Shown one piece after another: positions 18,109-28,737 of a stretch of DNA of 64,000 nucleotides; the stretch's first letter is position 1; every line of letters begins with the position of its first letter. Under the pieces are notes generated by a model that saw nothing but the letters and a program-made list of their open reading frames with translations, was not told where the DNA came from and ran no database searches. This DNA comes from Patescibacteria group bacterium (GTDB lineage Bacteria; Patescibacteriota; Minisyncoccia; Moranbacterales; UBA9337): positions 8,515 to 72,514 of the forward strand of contig JBHPHA010000001.1 of NCBI GenBank assembly GCA_042569905.1, given 5' to 3'. A program made the position numbers and the translations under genes.

Positions 18109-19125
18109 TTAACCAATCATACTCTTAAAATCCTCCACCATATCAACTGGATTTGGATCTTGCTTGTATTCTAACGCTAAATAATATGAAACCCAATCTC
18201 CAAGATAAAGTGCTTCGAATAATTTCGCAAAAACACTTCCATCTTTTAAATCAACGATTTCGACTTCCATACCCTTCTCATTCATAAGATTAGCCATAAC
18301 CTCAAATCTCTTAATGTTTTGAGGATTATCATCTAAATCTCTAATCATGACAAAGAAAAACTTTGACTGAGGATTAGTAAACCCAACCATTTCATTATGG
18401 TTAAGTTCAGGAAAATAATTCCAAAAAGCTGGCGTTTTAGCATTTTCATTAATCTTTATTTTCCATATCATAGCTAAAGAGCGAAACTTATCAGTGCTAT
18501 AAATCACTGGGGTTTTCCCTACTATTCTCTTAGCTATCCTTTCCCCTGTCTCTTCCATCTCTGCAATCTCAGCTTCGAATTCTACAGATTCATCCACAAT
18601 CTCTTTTGTAATATCATCAATCATTCCCTCATTGATTAATAATTTCAAAATAATCGCAAAAAAATATCCAGTAGCCATTCTCGGCTGAAAATTCTCCTCT
18701 AAATTTTTAATCTTGATATGAGCTATCTTGTTCTTCAAACAAATCTCCTCAAGCTTACCGCCAGCAGAAACACCAACGGTTGGTAGCTTGTTCTCAATAG
18801 CCTCATTTAAAGCAGAAATTGATTCTTCTGTATTTCCAGAAAAAGAGCAAATAACATTCAAAGATTCATCGTAAGCTTCGTTCGGAAGCTTATAGAAACG
18901 ATTTAGATAAACCATTAAATCACTCTTTGCTTTTTTCCTTTTAATTAAATCTCTAATGAATACATCAAGAGCATCTGCAGGTAGCGCTGAACCACCCATT
19001 CCAGAAATAGTAATAGTCTTAAATTTACTCCCCGAGTTAGTATCTCCTGTGAACTCAAAACCTTTCTCAAATTGAATAAACTCACTCAGAATAACACCTC
19101 TAACATTAGATTTATCTATATTCAT
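18109..19125 (-). CDS. SIS-domain protein, bifunctional phosphoglucose/phosphomannose isomerase-like
   Basis: ISGMGGSA SIS motif. Approximately 338 aa. Confidence 0.5.
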   Translation of the reverse strand: MNIDKSNVRGVILSEFIQFEKGFEFTGDTNSGSKFKTITISGMGGSALPADALDVFIRDLIKRKKAKSDLMVYLNRFYKLPNEAYDESLNVICSFSGNTEESISALNEAIENKLPTVGVSAGGKLEEICLKNKIAHIKIKNLEENFQPRMATGYFFAIILKLLINEGMIDDITKEIVDESVEFEAEIAEMEETGERIAKRIVGKTPVIYSTDKFRSLAMIWKIKINENAKTPAFWNYFPELNHNEMVGFTNPQSKFFFVMIRDLDDNPQNIKRFEVMANLMNEKGMEVEIVDLKDGSVFAKLFEALYLGDWVSYYLALEYKQDPNPVDMVEDFKSMIG

Positions 19126-19177
19126 TTTTATTTTAAGACTCTATCTGAATAAAATTACTCAAATATACTGCCTGTTT

Positions 19178-20860
19178 TTATTTATTTTTTAAAACCCTCT
19201 TTGTTTTCGTATACCAACCTGAAGCATTAGCGAATCGATGTTGAATCTCATTTAGATTATTCAATTCGACTCCTTTAATATTCTTATTTATAACATATAA
19301 ATACTTAGGCGTATATAGAAATACTGCCGGATTTTCTTGAGACAAGATCTCTTTAAATCTATTATAACTCTCTCTTCTCTTTCCTCCATTAAGTTCTTCC
19401 CTTGATTCTAGTAAAATCTTATCTGATTCTTCATTTTCAAAAACTGACAAATTGATACCTGGGTCCTTCTTCTGACTAGAGTGCCAAAGGAAATATGGAT
19501 CTGAATCAAATGACGTAGCTTGTCCATACAAGATAGCATCATACTCTCTTGGTCTAATATAGTTCTGATTCAAATCTGAACTTCCGAGCGTATTAACATT
19601 CACCGATACGCCCAAGTTACCCCATTGTTCTTTCAGTATCTCAGATGTCCGTGAAAGCTCCGTCCAGTCTATGGTTAGTAAGTTAAACTCAAGACGCACA
19701 TCGTCTTTAATTCTAATGCCATCATCTCCCACTTTCCACCCTTCTTCATCTAAAATTCTTTTAGCTTCTTCTAAATTGAATAATGAATTATATTCAGGAC
19801 TCTCGCAATCCTTCGCATCATCTAGAAACGGATTATTTAGACAACTAGCTTTTCCATAAAGAACATCTCTAACAATCTCTTTATTATCAACACCTATCGC
19901 CAGCGCCTTCCTCACATTCGCATTAGCAAGAGGAACGCTTTTGTTCTTATTAAGAAAAACTGCAAAATACCTTGAGAGATTTAATTCATAAATATTAGTA
20001 TTTTTTCCCCATTCACCTTCAATCATTTTATTTGGAGAAATACCATTAATACTATTTATCTCCTTTTTCCTATACGCATCTATTAATACATCTTCATTAT
20101 CATAAAAAATAAATGAGAAGTCAGATATATATGGCTTACCGCTAAAATATTCATCGAAAGATTTTAACTCATAAGAAACAACATATCCAGATGAATCCTT
20201 TTGCATACCCGCAAATTGATATGGACCTGAGCCAATTGGTTTTAAATTATATTCGGTCAACAGAAATCTTTCTGCTGAAATAGTCTCCCAAATATGTTTT
20301 GGTAATATTGAAATAGTTAAGCTATTTAGAAATCTAAAATATGGCTTATCTATTGTAAATTTTACAGTGTAATCATCAATCTTTTCAACACCAACACCTT
20401 TCCAATTCTTCCTCAATGGACTCTTATAAAGAGGATCATTAATAACGTTAACAGTAAAAACAACGTCATCGGCAGTTAATATTTCACCATCGTGCCACAT
20501 AACCCCTTGCTTCAACTTAACAGTATAGCTTTTTTTATCCTCTGAAATTTCATAACTTTCAGCTAAATCATTTACCAAGCTCCCATTCTTATCGTATTTA
20601 AAAATCCCACTATACATCAATTGAACTAACCCAGAATCAACCTCACTTGTTTGAGATAAAACGGGATTAATGTATGATGGTTGACCCAACATACCCTCCT
20701 TATAGCCTCCACCAAAATCAGCTACTGGCTTAGTGAAATACAAGTAGATTCCTATCATCCAAGAAACAAAGGCTACAACAAATACAAAAGCCAAAAAAAA
20801 TAAAATAATTTTTTCCTTGGTATTTAAAACATTATTAATATATTGCCAATTGTTTGGCAA
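19178..20860 (-). CDS. ABC transporter substrate-binding protein, family 5 (peptide/nickel-like)
   Basis: N-terminal TM anchor. Approximately 560 aa with family-5 SBP-like features. Confidence 0.55.
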   Translation of the reverse strand: MPNNWQYINNVLNTKEKIILFFLAFVFVVAFVSWMIGIYLYFTKPVADFGGGYKEGMLGQPSYINPVLSQTSEVDSGLVQLMYSGIFKYDKNGSLVNDLAESYEISEDKKSYTVKLKQGVMWHDGEILTADDVVFTVNVINDPLYKSPLRKNWKGVGVEKIDDYTVKFTIDKPYFRFLNSLTISILPKHIWETISAERFLLTEYNLKPIGSGPYQFAGMQKDSSGYVVSYELKSFDEYFSGKPYISDFSFIFYDNEDVLIDAYRKKEINSINGISPNKMIEGEWGKNTNIYELNLSRYFAVFLNKNKSVPLANANVRKALAIGVDNKEIVRDVLYGKASCLNNPFLDDAKDCESPEYNSLFNLEEAKRILDEEGWKVGDDGIRIKDDVRLEFNLLTIDWTELSRTSEILKEQWGNLGVSVNVNTLGSSDLNQNYIRPREYDAILYGQATSFDSDPYFLWHSSQKKDPGINLSVFENEESDKILLESREELNGGKRRESYNRFKEILSQENPAVFLYTPKYLYVINKNIKGVELNNLNEIQHRFANASGWYTKTKRVLKNK

Positions 20861-20904
20861 AAGTAATCTTAATATCCTTTTACTGATATGTTTTTCATTA
20901 ATTC

Positions 20905-21120
20905 TTAAGAAGATATAATACTAACCAAAGCAATGCCTATAAAAAGACTCGCCAATATAATAGAAGAATATGATAAAAATTTCTCAAAACCTCTCTTTGT
21001 GTGATAACCACCCATGTCTCCTCCAAAAACAGAACCCAAACCAGACCCTCTACTTTGAAGTAGGATCGATAAGATCAGTAAGACTGATACAATAACATGA
21101 ATTAAGCTAATAGTTTTCAT
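20905..21120 (-). CDS. secG: preprotein translocase subunit SecG
   Basis: 71 aa, two TM helices, LLQSRGSGLGSVFGG motif. Confidence 0.7.
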   Translation of the reverse strand: MKTISLIHVIVSVLLILSILLQSRGSGLGSVFGGDMGGYHTKRGFEKFLSYSSIILASLFIGIALVSIISS

Positions 21121-21213
21121 AATAGTTTCAAATCAATAACTAAAGAAATATTACACTATTACTGACTAAAAGTCAATAGCTCTATCCGAAAAACTCTTTT
21201 TTTACGAAATTTA

Positions 21214-22248
21214 TTACTTCTTAGCAAATTTTAATATTTTTTTTAATTTCTGCAATAACAGGTATGCTTTGTATTTCAAAGGACTTAGAATTAAATCGTA
21301 ACTCCCTAGATACTCAACAGGATCTGTATTCTTTGAAAAACCGAGCTTAAACCTCGTCACCCCTTCTAATGAGGACTTGCTAATATTAGTCTTGCCCTCA
21401 ACTTTGGAGACATCAATGCCTCCAAAATCATATTTCATACAACCTCTCTCCCTTGCGTCTAGTATTGCAATCCACTGAAGAAGAAACGGGGCCATCACAT
21501 TCCTATATTCATCATCCGATGCTCCGTGAAGGTACGTCGCCATTTCTCCATAAAAAATGACTAGCGCCGAAGTAATAATTTTACCCTCATATTTTGCAAC
21601 GTACAGCTTCACTTGTTCAGATGAAATACTTTCCACCATTTTCCTATAATAAGCATCTGGGTGTGGAGTAATTTTACTTCTTTTTGCCATTACTTTTGTT
21701 AGCCTTAGAAATTCCTCCAAGTGCTCTTCAAATTTTTCATGATTCTTATCAAAGCTCTCAACTTCCACTCCCTTTTTCTTAGCAAGTCGAATATTATACC
21801 TAGTCTTTGGCTTCATACTAGACATAATACCTTCCTCATCATCACTAATATCAATCACAAAAATCTGCTTCGGCTGCGTATTATGCGGAGCTTTTTTGAT
21901 ATTCACATCCAAACTCTCAATAAATTTCAGCTGCTCTCGACTCAATGCATCAATTCTAAGCCATCCCAATCCGTTCTTTTTTGACTCACCTATCAATTCC
22001 AAAAATTTCTCACTCACGTCTTCAATGCATCCCTCTTTTTTCAAATCAAAAACTGGTCCCCTTGGAACATATCCATAGCCACCTACAATTGGCAATTTAT
22101 GCAAAACAACCTTTGCACAAAAACAATCCGAAACAATGCCAAAAACGTTCTTTCCAGTATTCTCTTGAAAACCAATCCAATCCTCAGACTGCAAAAAACC
22201 TCCGTCCGGAGAATTTCTTTGCACAAATTTTTCTTGTTCAATATTCAT
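21214..22248 (-). CDS. FemAB-family peptidoglycan interpeptide-bridge peptidyltransferase-like protein
   Basis: N-terminal ...GFLQSEDWIGF..., typical of FemABX/aminoacyltransferases. Approximately 344 aa. Confidence 0.45.
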   Translation of the reverse strand: MNIEQEKFVQRNSPDGGFLQSEDWIGFQENTGKNVFGIVSDCFCAKVVLHKLPIVGGYGYVPRGPVFDLKKEGCIEDVSEKFLELIGESKKNGLGWLRIDALSREQLKFIESLDVNIKKAPHNTQPKQIFVIDISDDEEGIMSSMKPKTRYNIRLAKKKGVEVESFDKNHEKFEEHLEEFLRLTKVMAKRSKITPHPDAYYRKMVESISSEQVKLYVAKYEGKIITSALVIFYGEMATYLHGASDDEYRNVMAPFLLQWIAILDARERGCMKYDFGGIDVSKVEGKTNISKSSLEGVTRFKLGFSKNTDPVEYLGSYDLILSPLKYKAYLLLQKLKKILKFAKK

Positions 22249-22331
22249 ATTAGAAATTATATTTACCTAGTTGTTGATTTTTATTTCTTAATTTATAATA
22301 CTTCAAAATATTAACTCTATTATTCTAGCTA

Positions 22332-22901
22332 CTATTTCCCGACATTTTTTAGGGCGTTTTTGATTTTCTCGCCAACATCAGTAATATCATTATCAACCGA
22401 CTTCAATGCATCTCGTGCCTCAGATATTGAATAACCCATAGTAACTAATGCCTCTAAAGCTTCAGTATCTACAACAACTTGCTCGCTATCCTCAATATCT
22501 AAATCCTTAACTTTATTTTGAAGCTCCAAAATAACTCTCTCTGCAGTCTTTTTTCCTACTCCTGACACTTGAGTCAGAATAGAAGAATCTTCATTTACAA
22601 TAGCCGCTTTGATAGTCTTAGGTTCAGCAATTGATAAGATACTAAGTCCGGCCTTTGGACCAATTCCAGAGATTGAAATCAGAAGCTCAAACATTTCCTT
22701 TTCTGCTAATTCCAAAAATCCATACAAAGCTAACGTGTCTTCACGAACATGCGTATAAACAAAAACACTCACATCTCTTGTTCCTGCAATTTTTCCAAAA
22801 GTAAAATCAGTGATATTCACTTGATACCCAACTCCATTCACATCAATCACAGCATAACCATCTTTCATGTAATCAATTTTTCCACTTAACTTTGCAATCA
22901 T
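22332..22901 (-). CDS. ruvA: Holliday junction DNA helicase RuvA
   Basis: MIAKLSGKI...VIDVNGVGYQV N-terminus. HhH region ISGIGPKAG. 189 aa. Confidence 0.85.
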   Translation of the reverse strand: MIAKLSGKIDYMKDGYAVIDVNGVGYQVNITDFTFGKIAGTRDVSVFVYTHVREDTLALYGFLELAEKEMFELLISISGIGPKAGLSILSIAEPKTIKAAIVNEDSSILTQVSGVGKKTAERVILELQNKVKDLDIEDSEQVVVDTEALEALVTMGYSISEARDALKSVDNDITDVGEKIKNALKNVGK

Positions 22902-23080
22902 ATTTTAAATTCTACTCAAAAGATCGTTGATAAACTCCACTAAACCGCTCAAGTCATCTGGCATCCCCGTCTTTGGTGTATATAAATTTATTCTTACTTA
23001 AATATACCACCAAAAAACATTCTTGGACACAAAAAAACCGATACTTAGTTCAAATATCGGCATTATCTTCACCTGTAAAA

Positions 23081-23371
23081 CTACCTATTAATCAGCAAAT
23101 CATTTTCAGCAATTCCATTAATTGTTTCGAATAATTTACCAATGCAATCCCAATCCGAATCGCCCCTATCGATTTCCTTAATCAATAATTCAGCCTTCTC
23201 AAGTAAATCGCGTTTATCATTATCGCTGTCAATGTAGCGATTAAACATAAGAAAGTCGTCAATTTTATTATCTTTGAGACATTCTAAAATCTCTTTGGAT
23301 ATTTCTTCACCGAAAATCTTTCTAAGAAGACGTTTCAAGTCAACAATAGCTAACGTTTTTCGATTCTCCAT
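23081..23371 (-). CDS. hypothetical protein
   Basis: ORF only. Charged and helical. Confidence 0.3.
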   Translation of the reverse strand: MENRKTLAIVDLKRLLRKIFGEEISKEILECLKDNKIDDFLMFNRYIDSDNDKRDLLEKAELLIKEIDRGDSDWDCIGKLFETINGIAENDLLINR

Positions 23372-23501
23372 CAGATCCTCCTTGTTGTAGGAAATAAATT
23401 AAATCAGACATCGTTAAATTTGATGTCTAATTAGAATACACTAATATTCTTTGCTTGTCAAGAAGAAAGAGGCTTCATCGAGGCCTCTTTTGTATACTAT
23501 T

Positions 23502-23708
23502 TTATTTTTTCAATTTGTCCACCATAATCGCCATCGGACAAAATCCTGTTAGAGCAAAGATGATTAACATTCCTCCAACAAACATTGCGAAATAGAAAAA
23601 TCCATAAGCAATAGTCATTGAGAGAATCAATGCGCCAAGAATAAAAATTCCCGCAATTAAAAACATTATTCTTTCTACAGTCCAGTTTGTTGTGTCTAGT
23701 TTATACAT
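23502..23708 (-). CDS. small 2-TM membrane protein, last gene of the efflux operon
   Basis: 68 aa with two hydrophobic helices. 35 nt downstream of the RND gene. Confidence 0.35.
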   Translation of the reverse strand: MYKLDTTNWTVERIMFLIAGIFILGALILSMTIAYGFFYFAMFVGGMLIIFALTGFCPMAIMVDKLKK

Positions 23709-23740
23709 AGTTTATTTATAATTATTAATTATTAACTTTT

Positions 23741-26700
23741 TTATTTCCACTTTTTTTCCTCAAATATGAAATACAAAATTGGGAAAATAATCAAAGTTAA
23801 GAATGATGAGAGAGAGAGCCCGAGAGCAATTGCCCAAGCAAGACCCGCCCACACTGGATCACTGATAATAGTTAGTGACCCTAGGATTGTAGTTGCTGAC
23901 GTCAAAAGAATCGGCATAAACCTTGTCTCTCCTGCTTCCAAAAGAGCACTCTTGATGTCCATTCCTTCTTTTCGCAAATCACCAAGATATTCCAAAAGAA
24001 TAATCGCATTATTCACAACAATACCCGAAAGTGCAATCACCCCAATCATTGAAGTTGCGTTGAAATAAATTCCTTTCACAAAACCAAGAATCGCAAATCC
24101 AGGAAGAACACCAATCATCGCCAAAGGAATTGTTCCCATAACCAACAACGGAACAGTTGCTGATTTAAATTGTGCTACTAACACAAAATAAATCAAAAAT
24201 ATTGCAACGGCCATCGCAGTACCCAAGTCCCTAAAAACTTCTAAAGTCAATTTCCATTCACCATCAATACTAATCTCAAACACCTCTCCAGTTTCCACAT
24301 CGCGATACGCAACACCAAACAATGACCAAGAAACTAATTCGCCCTTACCATCTGGCAAACGATACCTGACCAGTTCCTTAAGTCCATCAATGGCTCCATA
24401 TGTCACACTTCGGTCCCCCATTTCTGCAGAAACATAAACAGTTTTTCTTCTTTGATTTGAATAAATTGAAAAAGAATCTTGGAAGTCTTTTTTAACAAGC
24501 AATTCGGAAAGTGGGATTTTTTCTCCGCCTCTATTAGTAACAAAGATTTTATCAAAATCACTCTTTTCATTTCTGTCCTCATCTTCAAATTTTACGACAA
24601 TAAATTCTCTTTCAGATTTTCTAACTTCATCATTTTCATTTTCATGATACAAGCCAACTGGAACCTCATCAAAAACAACTTGCAATGTCTGGATTATTTC
24701 ATATGAAGAAATTCCTGAAAGATTAGCTTTTTCCTTGTTAATCTCATATGAGTAATTCAACCCTTTTTCATTCAAGGAATTGTCCACATCAACAACTTCA
24801 TCAATTGAAAGAGCCATATTCTCAATATCAAGTGCAATATCTTTAACCTTCTCATCATTATTTCCCTGAACCTTAATCAGGAAAGTAGAAAGCACTGGAG
24901 GTCCAGGAGGATCCTCAATGAGTTTAATTCTAAGATTCGGATATTTCTCTATATCACGAACAAGTTTTTTCCTGAGTTCAATAACCAATCTCTCTGACTT
25001 AATTTCCCGTTCATCTGGGTGTGTGATGTTGACTCTTAGAGTTGCTTGATTTTCTCCGGTTCTTGAATCACTACCCTTGAACAATCCATTAAAATCAATC
25101 ACTTGAGACTCTCCAATAAAACTCTGAATACTCACAACTTCTTCTTCCTCAAAAATCATTCCCTCAACATCACTAACAATTCTATTAGTCTCTTCCACAG
25201 AAGTGTATTCGGGTAAATCTAAATAAACATAAAACTGTTCCTTGTCAGCTTTTGGAAGCATTCTGAATTTAACAATTCCCACAGCAGGTAAAATAATTGA
25301 GACAGCAAAGAGAACCAGTGTTACAACTAGAATTTTTCTTCTTAACTTCTCTGAGCCTAATATTTTTTTCAAAGCTCTTCCGTATAAATTTCTTAATTTA
25401 TCAGAAGTCTTAATAAACAGATTCTTTTTACCACTCTCAGCACTTTTTCTCTTAGCAAGAAAGCTTGCCAAGAAAGGATTGATTGTAAACGCAATCACAG
25501 TTGATGCAATCAAAGCAGCAGGGACAAAGAATGGTATTGGTCCCATATATGGCCCCATCATTCCCGTCACAAATGCCATTGGATAGAAAGCCAACACAGT
25601 GGTAAGCGTAGACATAATGAGTCCATTTCCAACCTCATCCACCGCTCTCACAGCTATAGTATCTTTGTCTCCTTCGTTATCCTTATCAATCATCCTGAAA
25701 ATATTCTCCACCACAACAGTCGCACTATCCACCAAAAGACCCAGGGACAAAATAAGTGCAAACAAAGTAATCCTGTTCACTGTCTGACCTGCCAAACTAC
25801 CTATTCCAAAAACAGCGGCTAAGGTCAACGGAATTGCAATAGCCACAACAAGGGCACTTCTCCATCCCAGAAACAGAAACAACACGAGAGAAACAATTGC
25901 CACAGATACAAACAAGTTAATTGTAAGTTTTTTCACTTCCTCTCCTGCAACTTTCCCATCATTTCTCAAAGCTAAAACAACAACATCGCCAGGAATCACT
26001 CCACTGTCTCGCAACTCTTCAGTCTTTAATTCTATACTATTTGAAACCTTTGTCGCATTTGTTCCTTTTATTTTAGAAATTGCAACATATACAGCATCCG
26101 ATGAATCTTCTCTATCTGAAAAACGGACAATTCTGTCCAGATCTTCACTCACATAACCAATTATCGAAACATCCTCCAGATACACAACCACGCCGTTGGC
26201 ATTTCCAACCACAATCTTACCTAGATCTTTTTCACCAACAATTCCCCCGTCCACACTAATCTCACTATTCAATTCATTACCATCAATTGTTCCACTTTTA
26301 AAGCTGACGTTGTTTGCTCCAATATTCTCAATCACATCGTTAACAGCAATGCCATAAAATGACATTCTTTCCTCATCCAAAGAAACTCTAAGCTCTTTCT
26401 TAGATCCACCCTTAACATCAACCCTAGACACTCCGTCAATCAGCTTTAACTCATCTTTAACATCCATTGCCAGTGCTCTCAAGGATTCTTTTGAAAGATT
26501 TTTTGAAGTAATTCCAAGAGTTACAATTGGAACATCATTAGGGTCAATTGACTTGATAATTGGATCATTTGCACCTAAAGGCTTTAGATCAATATTTCCA
26601 TCAATTTTTCTTGATATTTCAGTTTTTGCATTCTCTAAATTTTCGCCAATATAATATTGAACTGTCACAACACTAACACCCCCGCTCTTAGACTGAGACA

Positions 26701-26968
26701 TAATCTTATCCACGCGCGGAAGTTCACGAACCTTATCCTCCATAGGACGCGTAATCAACTCATACACTTCACTACTGCTCGCACCTGGAAACTCCGTCAC
26801 AATATTAAAAGCCGGAGCAACAATCTCTGGATTATATTGCTTTGGCATAATCGCAAAACTAAATATCCCCCAAGCAAACAGCGCAATAATTGTAATCACA
26901 CTAAGCTCTTTATTGGTAATAAATATTTTTGCCAACTTTCCAGCTATTCCTAATTTATCATTTTTCAT
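23741..26968 (-). CDS. RND family efflux transporter permease
   Basis: 1075 aa with the 12-TM AcrB/CzcA-like architecture and two large periplasmic loops. Confidence 0.85.
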   Translation of the reverse strand: MKNDKLGIAGKLAKIFITNKELSVITIIALFAWGIFSFAIMPKQYNPEIVAPAFNIVTEFPGASSSEVYELITRPMEDKVRELPRVDKIMSQSKSGGVSVVTVQYYIGENLENAKTEISRKIDGNIDLKPLGANDPIIKSIDPNDVPIVTLGITSKNLSKESLRALAMDVKDELKLIDGVSRVDVKGGSKKELRVSLDEERMSFYGIAVNDVIENIGANNVSFKSGTIDGNELNSEISVDGGIVGEKDLGKIVVGNANGVVVYLEDVSIIGYVSEDLDRIVRFSDREDSSDAVYVAISKIKGTNATKVSNSIELKTEELRDSGVIPGDVVVLALRNDGKVAGEEVKKLTINLFVSVAIVSLVLFLFLGWRSALVVAIAIPLTLAAVFGIGSLAGQTVNRITLFALILSLGLLVDSATVVVENIFRMIDKDNEGDKDTIAVRAVDEVGNGLIMSTLTTVLAFYPMAFVTGMMGPYMGPIPFFVPAALIASTVIAFTINPFLASFLAKRKSAESGKKNLFIKTSDKLRNLYGRALKKILGSEKLRRKILVVTLVLFAVSIILPAVGIVKFRMLPKADKEQFYVYLDLPEYTSVEETNRIVSDVEGMIFEEEEVVSIQSFIGESQVIDFNGLFKGSDSRTGENQATLRVNITHPDEREIKSERLVIELRKKLVRDIEKYPNLRIKLIEDPPGPPVLSTFLIKVQGNNDEKVKDIALDIENMALSIDEVVDVDNSLNEKGLNYSYEINKEKANLSGISSYEIIQTLQVVFDEVPVGLYHENENDEVRKSEREFIVVKFEDEDRNEKSDFDKIFVTNRGGEKIPLSELLVKKDFQDSFSIYSNQRRKTVYVSAEMGDRSVTYGAIDGLKELVRYRLPDGKGELVSWSLFGVAYRDVETGEVFEISIDGEWKLTLEVFRDLGTAMAVAIFLIYFVLVAQFKSATVPLLVMGTIPLAMIGVLPGFAILGFVKGIYFNATSMIGVIALSGIVVNNAIILLEYLGDLRKEGMDIKSALLEAGETRFMPILLTSATTILGSLTIISDPVWAGLAWAIALGLSLSSFLTLIIFPILYFIFEEKKWK

Positions 26969-26983
26969 AACTTATTTTTACAA

Positions 26984-28156
26984 CTACAGACTATTTAATT
27001 TGTCTCCATCTTTAAGATAGAATTGACCTTCAACAATAACGTTTTCTCCACCCTTCAATCCTTCTGCAACCTCCACAAACTCACCACTTTCATTTCCGAG
27101 GCTCACTCTAACCTTCTTTGCAATTCCATTGTCATTCACAAAAACAAACTTATCATAATATTCACTAACAATAGATTCTACTGAGACAACAACTGCCTTG
27201 ACATTACCAGTAATTGGAAGCTCGACTACTACAAACTCACCTAGACTTAACTCACTATCCACTGATAGTCTTACAAGTGCTTTTCTAGAAACACGATCAG
27301 ACGACGGACTAATCGAAGTAATTATTCCATTTAGCTTTTCTTCATTATCTTCTGAAACTAATTTAACGCTTTGACCAACATTAAGTTTTGTAGAAACAAT
27401 AGCTGGAATATGAATCTCAACCTCCTTTTTTTCACCAGCAGCAATTTCATACAGTACTAAACTCGGAGAAACCATTTCCCCAACACTCACCATTTTCCGA
27501 GTCACAACTCCGGAATAAGGAGCCACTACATTTCTATTACTAGAGTAGCTCTTGGCAACTCTAGATTGACCAATAGCTTCAACTATTTTTGCTTCAGCCC
27601 CTTGCAATTGTAAATCCCTGGCTTTTTTTGAACTCTCCAAAGACTCCTTTGCTTGTGCGTATCCCTTTTTTGCAATAGAGATTTCCGAGTCACTAGAAGA
27701 ACTGTCATTTCTCACTGACAAATATTCTTTTCTCGCTTTAGAAATTACTGCTTCTGTTTCATCCACAAGTTGATCATAATAATCCCTCGTTTCCTTCAAA
27801 ACACTTTTAAGAGAATTTACTCCATCTACTGCAGCCTTGTCCTGAGCTAGCAATTCACTTCCGTCCACAATCGCCAACACTTCTCCTTTTTTTACATACT
27901 CTCCTTCTTTTTTCCTCATCTCCAAAACATATCCAGAAATCTTCGGAGAAATCCTAGCCTCTTTTTCAGCTTTAACCACACCAGAAAAATGTCTAATGCT
28001 TAGGGTCTCGCTAAATTCAACTTTTTCAATTTTCACATTCTTTAGGATACCTTCCGCATCATCCCCACCTTTTTCATCAGAAAAAGTTTGGGCGATAAAA
28101 TATCCTCCAACCAACGTTACAATCGCTACTAACGATAAAGTTATTTTCTTGTTCAT
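26984..28156 (-). CDS. efflux RND periplasmic adaptor (MFP/HlyD family)
   Basis: N-terminal TM, coiled-coil hairpin and beta-barrel composition. 16 nt upstream of the RND gene. Confidence 0.65.
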   Translation of the reverse strand: MNKKITLSLVAIVTLVGGYFIAQTFSDEKGGDDAEGILKNVKIEKVEFSETLSIRHFSGVVKAEKEARISPKISGYVLEMRKKEGEYVKKGEVLAIVDGSELLAQDKAAVDGVNSLKSVLKETRDYYDQLVDETEAVISKARKEYLSVRNDSSSSDSEISIAKKGYAQAKESLESSKKARDLQLQGAEAKIVEAIGQSRVAKSYSSNRNVVAPYSGVVTRKMVSVGEMVSPSLVLYEIAAGEKKEVEIHIPAIVSTKLNVGQSVKLVSEDNEEKLNGIITSISPSSDRVSRKALVRLSVDSELSLGEFVVVELPITGNVKAVVVSVESIVSEYYDKFVFVNDNGIAKKVRVSLGNESGEFVEVAEGLKGGENVIVEGQFYLKDGDKLNSL

Positions 28157-28278
28157 AATTTTTTCTTAAAGCTCTAGAGCACTGATTAATATGTTTTTTC
28201 GCAGCCCGTACCCACTGGAACGAATGCAAGAAAAAATACATTAATCAATGCTCTCCACTACAGCTTCCATCAATTTAT

Positions 28279-28557
28279 CTATTTACTTTGCGCAGTCTTC
28301 ACTACATTTAAAATATCCTTTGCAAGCTCTCTGCTTTTTCTGGTTGATTGAAGAGCTTCACATTCATTCAAATGCCCCTCTAAAATCCCCAGATTAGCAG
28401 ATTTCAAAAGACCAATAACTGCTAGGTTCTGCTGAATAACATCAAAACACTTTTTATCATCTTCAAGCATTAAGATAATCTTATCCAAGCTGGTCCTAGC
28501 TTTTTTAAGAGCAATTACAACTTTTTGTTTTTCCGCTGCTTGCTTTTTAGTAGTCAT
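28279..28557 (-). CDS. CsoR/RcnR-family metal-sensing transcriptional repressor
   Basis: 92 aa all-helical with the C...H...C pattern (KKCFDVIQQ...HLNEC). Confidence 0.55.
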   Translation of the reverse strand: MTTKKQAAEKQKVVIALKKARTSLDKIILMLEDDKKCFDVIQQNLAVIGLLKSANLGILEGHLNECEALQSTRKSRELAKDILNVVKTAQSK

Positions 28558-28737
28558 ATTTTTTATGTAAAAAAATTATTTACCTAAATTACTTACTTCA
28601 CCATACCTACACCATAGGTATTGGTATTATATCAAACATCTAAAATTTGTCAATAGCCACCAATCAAAAAACCAGGTGCTTAAAATTAAACATCTGGTTA
28701 CTATTTTTTTCTTTACTCATTCTCCTTATACATACAA

